A stretch of 63,239 nucleotides of DNA, counting the filler, from Reticulomyxa filosa (Eukaryota > Protista > Foraminifera), in assembly GCA_000512085.1 (NCBI GenBank). It is 14 parts of 14 records of this genome, joined end to end, with 100 filler letters (N's around TTAATTAATTAA, not from the genome) between each part and the next. Parts side by side here need not be neighbours in the genome. Positions count along the whole stretch, not along the records: positions 13,946 to 22,146 come from ASPP01026014.1; positions 22,247 to 23,907 come from ASPP01028012.1; positions 24,008 to 34,676 come from ASPP01026919.1; 11 more parts are not named here. The stretch is one strand, 5' to 3'. Under the pieces are notes generated by a model, which made no database searches, was not told where the DNA came from, and was given only the letters and a program-made list of their open reading frames with translations. A program made the position numbers and the translations under genes. Positions 13,846-25,209 of the stretch are shown piece after piece. The stretch's first letter is position 1, and every line of letters starts with the position of its first letter.

Positions 13846-13945
13846 NNNNNNNNNNNNNNNNNNNNNNNNNNNNNNNNNNNNNNNNNNNNTTAATTAATTA
13901 ANNNNNNNNNNNNNNNNNNNNNNNNNNNNNNNNNNNNNNNNNNNN
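13846..13945. other. Artificial assembly spacer N44-TTAATTAATTAA-N44 (others start at 22147, 23908, 34677, 38196, 42019, 49696, 51062, 53118, 57569, 59836, 60936, 62041)
   Basis: 13 identical 100-nt blocks whose core has stop codons in all six frames. Confidence 0.98.
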
Positions 13946-15194
13946 TAAAATGAGAAAAACAATAATAACAAAAACCTAAAAAAAGAACTTAGACGAAACT
14001 TTCATTACTAAGCTAAAGTATCTTCTTTTTTTTTTTGAGATGATCTTTGATGATACAAAGATGACGAAAAAGATGCTTTCCAACTTTTTTTAAGCTCACG
14101 AAGGGTCAATAAAAAATTGAAATGAATTTGTTTTATTTAATAAATATAAACTTTGTAATAAGAAGTATTTACAAGCAAAACTTTTTGTCTTATTAAACTT
14201 ATAATGACATCCATCATTTACTTCTTTTAGTGTATCTACTCTTTTGTGTTTAAAATTATTCAATAAAAAAACTTAAATAATGGACAAGATTTATTTCCTA
14301 TTTATTAAGATTAATGATATCAAATTAAACCACGTTATAATGATTAAATTTTAATCCAATTTTATCTAGTTTTTTTTTGGAATGGATTTTTACTAAAAAA
14401 GGATAAAATTGGAGTAGAAAACACTTGCAAAAAGTTTTCTAGATTGAAGTAGAATTTTGTGACATTAATTTGTCCATCTATTTTTGATTTGAGGGATTCT
14501 CCGTCTTTTAAGTCAGCCATAGTCTTGCTCCTATGCAAATAAAAATAGGGAAACAAAAAAAGGAAGGAATGAAATGAGCAAAGAAATACAACAAAAAATT
14601 AAAAATTATTGCAAAATAATTCTATAAAAGTGAAGATAACACTTGATATGACTTTTTCTGTCATTTTCAACAAAATTGTAAAAATGAAAACTTTAAAATT
14701 GCACATTTTTTGTTACTCAGACGTAATCATTAAAAGTTCTTTGTTTTTAACTTTTTTTCAGCTGTTTCTACTATTAACGAGACTCTTTTCTTAGAAGAGG
14801 AAGTAAGTACATGAAGCGGAGCAGATAGTAATTGAATTTCCAGAAATAGTTCAGTGTGATAATTTTCTAACCCCTCTTGCAAATGCAAACAAGTTGAAAA
14901 AAAGTTCAAACAGTAATAATGATTGATTTTATAAGTTTGGATTTGTTTTTGAAAAAAATCTTCTACGTTTGCATTAAAAAAAAGGGAAGTACATTCTCAA
15001 TTTAATTAATGCTGTGAGAAAACAATCAATTTTGATTGTCATGTGACAAAATCTACCAATTCTGTGAAGATATTTTTCTGTAGTAAATAATAAATCAACT
15101 CAACAGCAGTCTTTTGTTTAAAAAAAAGGGAAACGAAATGAGTTTTTTGTTTAAAAAGGGAAACTATCTAATCAAGGCCCAGATTTTTATATAA

Positions 15195-17445
15195 ATGTCT
15201 TGGAATATCTTTGTAACAATTGAATCAAAAGATTATGAACTTACTTTAACAACTTTGGCACTTGACAATCTGAAAACGGAAATACTGGAAGTGAATAAAG
15301 TCAATGAAAAAGAGAAAACAGTAATTAAAATTACAGACGATATGAACAAAGACATTGAAACAGATGAACATTTGAAACAAAGTATTAAAGAGGGTCGAGT
15401 TCATTTTATTGCTTACTTTCAATCGAGTTGGATTTATTTATTTTAATTGTTTGTGATGATACATGATATATATATATATATAATTTAAAAAATAACAAAT
15501 GAAACAATTTTAAAAATCAGAGAAAGAAGAATCGCATTATAAATTAAAAAATCCACTAGTATTATTAGCAGGAGTAATAAGATATGAAGATGACTTATGT
15601 GTAAAAGATGCAAGACAAGATTTGCATATGTTAGAAAAGCTTTTTAAAGAAAAACTAAATTATCAAGTATTTATAACTTGTGATAAAAATGCATTTTCAG
15701 AATCATTGACATTAGATAATTTGAATGACTTTCTTCCCGAACATGAAGATATTGTAGCACAAAGTTATGGTATGATGCCTTATGATGGGTTAATATTTAT
15801 ATGGTGTGGATATAACAAAAGCAATGACAATAATGACATTAATCTATTATATACAAGTGATAATGAAACTAAATACTTTGGAGACATTCAACAAAAGTTT
15901 GTATCTGATATCGATTATTTTACTAAAAAACCGAAAATATTTTTAAAAATTAGTTATTACGAAGAAAAACAAGATTCCATTTCAACGCGAGCGCAAATTG
16001 ATGCGCAATGCATAAATGATAAAGATGTTTTGACTATATTTGTGAAATCAATTATCGACACTCCAAAAAATGATGAAAAAGAAGATATGGATGAAAGTAG
16101 TGCTGATTATAATGACAATAACAAAGGGAGTTATTTTGTAAAACTCTTTTGTCAAAGTATTGAAAACAATATGGACAAAAGTTTTCAAATAATGCTTGAA
16201 CAAGTAGCAGAAGATCTTTCAAATCAAAATATAAGAAAGGACTTTATGCGAGTTAATTCCACGAATACTCATTTGAGTATTTATTTGACTCCCAGATCAC
16301 ATGATGATGATAAGGACAATAATCTTTTATCAATAAATAAAGACATTCCAGAAAGTTTGAATTTCCATAGGCATCATTCTTTGGAATGGATAAAAGCAAA
16401 TGTTAAAGCAGTAAAAATAGTGCAAGAGATGATTGATAATAATGAGCAAGGATTAATTGTTGTAACAAATGACATTTCGCATTGGAAAACCACAACCAAT
16501 TGCAATGAATTTTCATTTCACAGGTTAATTAATAATGACATTCAAAAATTAGAACTTCGAGATTATTGGGTATATATTATTAAAAGCAGATTAATAATAT
16601 TAGAAGAAATAACAATTGATGGAAATGTTTATGCAATTCAATGTGAAATCCAATGCAAAGAAAATGTAAATATTACAACGCAGCTTTTTGTTACAAGTCA
16701 ATCTATAATTGATCCTTTATTAACATCATCCATTTCTCCAATTCAATGGAATAAAAAAATTCATCATGATATACCAATACAATTCCAATATCTCGAAAAT
16801 CGAGCTAATTCCTGCACACAAATGGCATGTGCTGGTAATGCTATTGTTCATTTGCAAAATTGCTTGCATCTTTCGATTCAAACGTTTGGAAACCATCATC
16901 CTTATGTTGCCAATGCGTACAGTAATTTAGGATCTGCTTATCGTGATAAAGAATGTCATAACAAGGCAATTGAATGTCATGAAGTGGCATTAAAAATTAG
17001 TTTGGATGTTTTTGGTATCAATCATGCATGGACAGCTAATTTATATGATCATTTAGGAGTGAGCTATCGTAACAACGGTGAGTATGGAAAAGCAATCGAT
17101 TGTCATAGAAAGGCTCTGAATATTAGATTGGAGGTATTCAAAGATAATTACAGTTGGATTGTTTATTCGTACAATTTTTTAGAAAAGGCTCATTCTATGA
17201 AAGGTGATGGCAAAATAATTGAAATCAACGAAGAGCTTCTGAAGATTACAAAGAAATTGTTTGGAAAATGGGACATGGACGTTGGGGGTTTGTTGTGGAA
17301 GTTAGGGTTAAAATTGGAAAAGAAAAAGGAATACAAAAGAGCGTATAAATATTATGAAGAGGCTTGGGAGGTCTACACTGTGCTACTTGGAGAATGGAAT
17401 ATCATAACAAGGAGCACAAAACAAAGGATGCTTAAATTATGTTGA
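15195..17445 (+). CDS. Small N-terminal (ubiquitin/PB1-like) domain + caspase-like (C14) domain + TPR repeats, join(15195..15426,15521..17445), 718 aa
   Basis: Intron 15427-15520 joins the two ORFs in frame. NPLVLLAGVIRY...DARQDLHMLEKLF...YDGLIFIWCGY...KPKIFLKISY follows the caspase fold pattern. C-terminal kinesin-light-chain-type TPRs (HPYVANAYSNLGSAY...KAIECHEVALKI). Confidence 0.8.
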
Positions 17446-18222
17446 GAAAAGAAAATCAACGGAGAGCGTGAGAAAAAAAAAAATATTTGTGAAATTTGAG
17501 ATTTGCTCTGTTTTAAGAGTAGGGATTGTTATACGATAAACAAAGAAGCAAGAAAAATCCTTACTTGAATAATCTCTCCACTCATAAATATTCAAAATTT
17601 AATAAAAGACTTTCAAGTGTACTTTTGTACCAACTAAAAAAGATAATTATAGTTCATTGTTGTTAACATCTGCTATTATACAGAGCGTAATAGTTATTAT
17701 ATTTCACATTTTTGAAATATTAGACATATCGTAGTCATGTACCATACTTGATTTTGCACAGGCTGCTTCCTCTTTTAAGTTTGGTTGCCCCTCGTTGATA
17801 AAAAAGAAAAAAGTTCAAACATTTTTTTCGATCTTACATTTAAGATAATCTCAATAAAGTAAGCGAGATTGAAAGATGACTACTTTTAGTAATAAAAAAG
17901 CAAGCTTCAATGCGACTCTCATTGGTAAACTTCAGTTCAATTTTTCGGATAGGCGTTGTTTTTAAGTTTTCATTGTATTTATTTTTGCAATTGACTTAGC
18001 AAGAAGAAAATACACAAGTAATTATCCAACATTGGGCTTGAATATTAAATATTAAATTATGATGGATTCATGATTTTAACAAACTTGTCGTCAAATATTT
18101 TATATTTGTTTTTGCATTAAATTCAATGAAAAACAAATATAAAATATAACATAATTGTTGTTATTATTTCATTATTACTATTTAACACAGCCACAGTCTT
18201 TGTGCTTGATTCATTTTGTTCA

Positions 18223-18432
18223 ATGTCTAAATTACTCCAAACATTTCATGGACATACAACTTGGGTGTGGAGTATTGATAGTTCAAACGTGATATGTTCT
18301 GGATCGCGTGATAATACAATTCGTTTTTGTGACATTCGATCAAATAAGAATGAATTGTATGTAATCAAATGAGGTGATAAAGATTTCGGAATATTATGTT
18401 TTAAATTTTTATGGCCCAATTCATATCTGGGG
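18223..18432 (+). pseudogene. WD40-repeat gene relic
   Basis: KLLQTFHGHTTWVWSID...ICSGSRDNTIRFCDIRSNKNELYVIK*GDKDFGILCFKF...GPIHIWG, with an in-frame stop and internal deletions. Confidence 0.8.
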
Positions 18433-18910
18433 ACGGTACTATTTTCAATAATTAAAAATTTGTTTAACTAAATTAAATGAAATCATACATATTTCAAGTG
18501 TTTCTATTCCACTAAATGTTCGGTTTACAACTGTTGAATAAAATTGCTTCAAATAAATAAAATAAAATACTTTTTACATTGTTGTCATTTAATCAACTCA
18601 GGAATTAAAAAAGAACATGTCTTTTTGTAAATATTTATATTTCAATTATTTCAAGGATCACACTTCTTTCAACGAGCTAGACTTGAAAAAGTTTATATTT
18701 TTTTTCCTTCTCCTCCCACACCCAAAGCTAATGATTTTTTGTAAAATTTTTTCTCTCATAAGAAGTTCTGTTTTTGACAGCTCAAGTTTTGGAGATGAAA
18801 TAGGGCTTAGATTACTTTTGTGTCAAAACTTTGGAAAAAAAACTCAGTTGGGGTTGTTCGCTCAACACAAGTTCACTAGGGAGATTATAAACAGAAGCAT
18901 CCAAATCGGA

Positions 18911-19654
18911 ATGGATCCCCTTAAAATTGCATCAAAGAACCCATCTAGTGACGTTGCGACGGAGATGTCCAGTGGCGACGTGAAATTGGTGACATCATTA
19001 GGTGACATTACCTGCGAGCTTTACTGGAAGCACGCCCCAAACACTTGTCGTAACTTCCGAATGCTTGCATTGCGAGGATATTACAACGATACAATTTTCC
19101 ACCGTATTATCTCTGACTTTGTAATTCAAGGGGGAGATCCAAGTGGCACAGGGAAAGGAGGAAATTCCATTTTCGGGTATTTTTTATTTTTATTTTATCC
19201 AAGTCGAAAAATGTTTAATTTTGGGGACATTATTTTTTAAATCTCAAAAAAAAAAAAAAAGGGGTAACTTTGCTGACGAAATCACAAAAGAATTAAGACA
19301 CACAGGAGCTGGGGTATGCACTTTTTTTAATTTTGTTGTTTCTCTCCCCTCCTTTTTCTGAAAGTGGCGAGATTGCGAGTTAATGGTGAGGATATATAAT
19401 ATATACATATACATAAATGTATCTTGTGACAAACCAAATAACAGATACTATCAATGGCAAATTCTGGACCAAATACTAACCGCTCTCAATTTTTCATTTC
19501 ATTGTCTCCATTGCCTCATTTGGATGGCAAACATACCATATTTGGACGCATCAAGTCTGGGATGAAAATAGTGCAAAAAATGGGCATGGTTCAAACAGAC
19601 AAAAATAATCGACCCGTTGAAGACATTAAAATATTCAACGCTATCCCTATTTAA
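18911..19654 (+). CDS. PPIL1: Cyclophilin-type PPIase, PPIL1-like, join(18911..19176,19262..19313,19445..19654), 175 aa
   Basis: [48 protein letters not shown] and [10 protein letters not shown]. Both GT-AG introns preserve frame. Confidence 0.9.
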
Positions 19655-20060
19655 TCCAAAAAAAAAAAAAAAGAAAAATGTGAAAAGAAAGAAGTATCGT
19701 TTCAGCTTTGCAATTGTTGAATGAGAAGAGAATTCTTGACTAGTGAGTGATTGGATGATTGAAAAAGCATAAATTTGGATATCACAAAACAATGTGTATA
19801 TTCAGATGATGACAAAAAATAACCTCACTTGGGTCAAAAGATTCACACTCACACTGGTTACCTTGTTTTGAGTTTTAAATCCTTTTTTTTTTAAACTTTT
19901 ATCATTTTTATTTTTTTATATCATCAAATTTCGAAAAAATCAAAACTTTTGTTCGTGAGAATGAAACTTCAAAAAATAAAAATAAAAAAATAAATGAAAC
20001 CAATGTTAAATAAAAAGCTTTTCACAGATTTCTTCTTTTTATAGAAATTATTTTACAATG

Positions 20061-22109
20061 CTACATGTTCTTTTTGTCTTGTTCACTAAATGGCAAGCCA
20101 TTGTTAACAGTAAAAAGCGTTGCAATTTCGATATCAGTGAAACGAGGAAAAAGCAAACGCGTTTTGAGAAAAATACAAAATAAATTGATATGGTGATTAC
20201 AACATCGACTTTTGCTCAAATCTGTGCTTCACCTTGCTATATTTATTTTCATTATCATCTTGTTCTTTCCATTGTTCAAAGTCGGATAATAATCCGACAA
20301 TGTCATCAATGCCTCCTTGAATGTGATATAAACCAAAGAAAATGAGATTCAAATCAATAGAATGATCCCATATGGCACTGATTTGTAAAGTTTGCTTTAC
20401 AAAGTCATCAAATATTGTCCATGTCAATAATATCATTTGTGTAATTTCGTTTTCACTTTCCACTCTTGCATTCCATGCATATGCGCTTTCTGGTATTTGT
20501 TCTTTGGCATTAACATTTACAAATGACCTTGCAAACAAAATTTCACGCTCGTTCTTGAAAGGTGATATCCATGATATATCACAGCTTTCAATGTTAGTTG
20601 CGCGTCTCATTGAAGGATGAAATTTCAGAATGCATCCCTTTCCACCTCGAAAAAATTCCGCAACTTGTAAATCATCAGAAGTGCTTACATGACTAATGAA
20701 ATATCCCGCTTTGATTTTTTTGTCGATAATGTCTAATCGCACTTCTTTTAATCCACTGTACAATACAATATCAGATTCTTCTCTTCTTTCACGTAAACTT
20801 AAGTGAGAAATAGCCTTACGCAAAAGATTATCCATCCACATCCATTTGTAATGTCTAAACTTAACTTGATCAAAACTAAATTGAACATTACACGATCTTG
20901 CACAATACAATAATATGGCACAAATGTTATCCAGATCTAATGGATATCCCATATATTTATGGACATCTGAATAATACATCGTTTTTTGCTTCACTTAATA
21001 TTGCTAATATCGTTTCATCTAAGACCAAGTCAAGAGGATCATCTTCGTCATATAAAAGTTCTGCTTTTATTCTTTGATCCATTTGAGCTTTTTGTTTCAT
21101 TGATTGGATTGTTTGATATTTGAACCAAATCGCACAAAAAAGCATTTTTGATAACTTCATGGAATAACATTTTTAATAAAATTGTGTTTGAAAGTGTTTT
21201 TACTTTTGCACATTGTTGAATTATAGCATTGTGAATTTGTGCAATTTTGTGAGTATCACATTCATACAAAAAAGGATTGCATTTTGCGTTTTGCATCAGA
21301 CAAATCAACTTCAATATTTTCAGGATCACTTGGATCGACCTCATCTCTTTTGCCAGTGATAGTAAGATTAAAAGGAACAATGAAATTACATTGAATTACC
21401 CAAGTTACCTGAATATGTGGGTAGCCATTTACATCTTTGTAAATGTCGTGTAATAACATATCTATAATTGATATCGGAAGGAATTGGAGGCTGGAAGTTA
21501 GTAAAGTCACAGTCAGACCATATTAATTTATCTCCAGTATGATTAAACTGTGATTCCAATTGTAATTTATCTATCATTCTTTTAATTCCATCTCTCAATG
21601 TCATGAAATAAGGATTCAATGCATCACAATACATCATCCCCACTTTATTTGGACAAAAGGCACGAAATGAATTAAACCACTGTGTTTATATTTCAATTAA
21701 ATTATTTATTGTATTCACACACACACACACACACACATTCAATTTTTTTTTTTTTTTTTTGTTAACAGCAAAATGATTGGCCAAATTGGTCCTTTCAGAA
21801 CATGTATTTGTACGAAAATGCCAAGAATTATTGATAATGAAATGACACCATCTGATTTGATTGATTTCGATTTCAGAAAAGTCATTACTCCACCGAACAT
21901 TAATACCAAATTCTTTCTTTGGATTTCCAACTTGCAAAAAGTCAACTCTTGCAGTTTCTCCTTCTAAATCCAGAAATAGCATCCTCCGATGTGCATAATC
22001 AAACACAATTTCATATTCATTATAAGTGTCATTTCTAAGCATTAATACATTGTTTATAGGAATGAACCTATTGTTTCTGTACAGTTCCAACAAAACAAAT
22101 TCATTGTTG
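20061..22109 (-). CDS. ADP-ribosyltransferase (R-S-E clade)-domain protein, 5'-truncated, five apparent +1 frameshifts (sequencing error or pseudogene)
   Basis: AILLY, LYSGL, HVSTS.DLQVAEFF and DISWISPFKNEREILF motifs. Intron 21766-21680 is phase 0. Removing one base each at ~21466, 21290, 21090, 20985 and 20212 gives a continuous ~650-aa frame ending ...TVNNGLPFSEQDKKNM*. Confidence 0.75.
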
Positions 22110-22146
<37 letters not shown>

Positions 22147-22689
22147 NNNNNNNNNNNNNNNNNNNNNNNNNNNNNNNNNNNNNNNNNNNNTTAATTAATT
22201 AANNNNNNNNNNNNNNNNNNNNNNNNNNNNNNNNNNNNNNNNNNNNCTGAATCCTGAGTTTTCTTTTTTTACAATGAAATATATAGTAGAAAAATGACTT
22301 TTGACAAACTTATTTTAAGGACTTGTATAAAATTTGTTCTTGGATTACCGAATAATCAAAAATAATAAAATGAAACAATTGTTATATCTTTTACATGAAG
22401 ATGATAAAACAAAAACATTATCATAGATACTAGTTTGTTGAAGATGAAATGTAAAATATAATACAAAACTTATTGATCAATAAATGTTCTAAAAAAAGCC
22501 ATGAAAAGCCTACATGGAAATAATCAAAGAAAACCAAAGGCCAGTAGATACACTTGGGATGTTTACTATTAGTAACGAAGATAGTGTCTTCAAATGGGAA
22601 AAATTATATTTATTTCGGATATGGCGTTGTGATCGGTCGGAAGTTATATCTACGCCCTTTTCAGATCATATCATGGTATGACACTGAAA

Positions 22690-22910
22690 ATTTTTTGTGT
22701 TCAAGTATAGTCAAAAATGAAGAACTAAGCTATTTGCTATCATGGTTGCCAAAAGGCAAACGAACAAAGACGAACTTGTTGTACCGTAGAAGTAAAGATT
22801 GTTATGACGCAACTGCATTTCATGCCAAATGTGATAGAAAGTGACGTACTCTTACAGTTGTACAATCAACAAAAAATAATGTTTTTGTAGGCTTTACTAC
22901 ATTAGACTGT
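22690..22910 (+). pseudogene. TLDc-domain gene relic
   Basis: LLSWLP...LLYRRSKDCYDATAFHAKCDRK*RTLTVVQSTKNNVFVGFT matches TLDc (LLYR.S.DG.....FH..CD.KGPTL......N.FGGFT), with TGA at the Gly position. Confidence 0.8.
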
Positions 22911-25209
22911 TATAGTCTTAAATACATAAGATTAAATTACAAAGAGCAATTTTAGACAATATAAAAATGAAATAATACATGACATTTTAAAGTTAAAGCG
23001 ACAATTAAAAAACTTTTTAAAATACAAGACAGTTTCTAGATATGTTTTAAAATATCAACTGCAATTTGAAGAAAAGGAACTTATAAAAGAATCTACTAGT
23101 AGCATTCCAGATCAATTTGAAAGATTTTGTCGAAAGCTTCGACGATACATTACAATTTCATACAAGTGTAGATCTAAATTTGATAGATAATAAAGTCAAC
23201 AGATTGAAAAAAGAAAACGAAGTCCTTCGTTGCATATTGAATGAATTATAGAAAATGCTAAATGAATTCAAGCTAATTATCACAAATATAAATAATTGTG
23301 CACACTATTGCAAAAGAACTTTAGACATTATGCAATCGAATACAGGTCTATCTGAATCAAATTTACCAAAGCTAAAAAAGAAAAAAGGAAATCACGACGA
23401 CAAAAATGAAGACACTTTATAATTTTTGTTGTTCATTTTTTTTATTTTTTAAATATTTTTGCAATGACTTAATTTTTTAAAAAGCAACATTTTTTCCAAT
23501 AATAAGGCTAGTAAAATGATGAAATAAGAAAAAATTCTTAGAATAAAATAAGAAATTATAAATTTTATTTTTACATGTAGGGAATGAGATGAAAGATTGA
23601 ACACTTGCACAACTCCAAAGTTTGACTTATAACTATTAAATAATAGTAGTCTTTATGATGTATTTTATAAATACTAAATTATTCGACAATATAAACAACA
23701 AATATGACAAGAAAATAGTATCTAAATCAGTTTAATTTGAAATTTGAATTAATGACATTGTCATTCTCTATCATTTTTTTTAGCAACAAGCGTCTTTGTT
23801 TGTATATTATTATTTTTAACGTAGTGTTTTAGTGCAGGCATTATTGATTATTTTTGCAAGTTTTGGAATGTATACTCTTATTTATAATTTAAAATTTTGC
23901 TATGTACNNNNNNNNNNNNNNNNNNNNNNNNNNNNNNNNNNNNNNNNNNNNTTAATTAATTAANNNNNNNNNNNNNNNNNNNNNNNNNNNNNNNNNNNNN
24001 NNNNNNNTTCCTGGAAAACTTCCAAGTGTAATTAATCTGCTTTCAACCATTTTCTTCATTATTTTCAGACGAAGCATACAATGATTAATTAACATTTCAA
24101 TATTTTTGTCAAATATTTGGATTGTTTTATCACTTGATTTTTTTGTCTCAGTTAATTGAATATTTTTCATTGTTAGATAACATTTGTCTTCTTTTAATAA
24201 ATTGGATCCTTCACTCAATCAAACAAAGCCTTTTTTTGTTTGTTAATAAGAAATTTGCTTAGTCAGATATGAAAACAAAAACAAATTGTACTTACTTTTT
24301 GATTTTGTATAAAAATTTTCAGGACGAGAAGTTTCTTGTAACTCTCCAAAAAAGGCTGTATTGAGGCCTTTGTGTCCCAACTGTTTCTGACTTTTCTGTT
24401 CTGTAGATTCAAACTTTTGCAATCAAGCCGGGATCTCTTTGGGATTGCCAACGATCTCGGTGCTCATATTGTAGAAGGTATAATAATGAAACGAATAAAA
24501 CGAATAAAAAATTGCTGAACAACAACCTGTGAAAATGTGTGAATAACATCCTCTAAATAAGCTGAAAGGTCTGTGTCTCACTGTCGCACAAGGGGCACGC
24601 AATTTCCATAACTTTACAACTCTTATCTATTTTTTATAAAACGATATTGAACCCCACTTTTTATTATTTTTTTAGAAGTATTGAGGAGGAAAACTTGTCA
24701 ACACGAGATAAAACAATCTCTGATTAGCATTTAGTTGCGTCAATCTAAATGTGTTCCAATCACTTAAAATGTATTGGGTTGCAAAAACGACTACTATGAC
24801 TATATTTGAAAATATGGGTAATGACTATATTTATGTAATACAAAGGGAACATATTTCATTTTGCATTTATGCCGATATATGTAGTTTTTTTTATCATTTA
24901 ACACAATGTTTTATATCTTTCACAATCATCTTTTGAAACTGAAGCAATTCTTGAGGGATAAATGCAAAAAATTTGAAAGGTTGAAAACAAAACAACTAGA
25001 AGATATCATACACTAATTTTTTGAGTTGTCCATTTAAAGGAGGGCATTAAATATCGTCCAATAAGTTTAAAGTAAAATGATTTTGTTTTCGTCCGAAAAG
25101 GGTAGAGAAAGCAAAAAAAAGAAAAGTATTGAAAAAGGTTTACAATGTATACCTTCACAATCAAGTCCATTATCTTTTATCTTATTAATATGTTTGTACA
25201 TTGCCAAGG

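Noticed and set aside
18617-18910. Long N-terminal extension of PPIL1
   Set aside because: The sequence is T-rich and UTR-like; ATG 18911 gives a typical length.
22842-22844. TGA at Gly/Trp positions (TLDc and WD40 relics) as stop-codon reassignment
   Set aside because: These loci have other lesions, and intact genes (ATP synthase epsilon, RGG protein, caspase-TPR) end at TGA.
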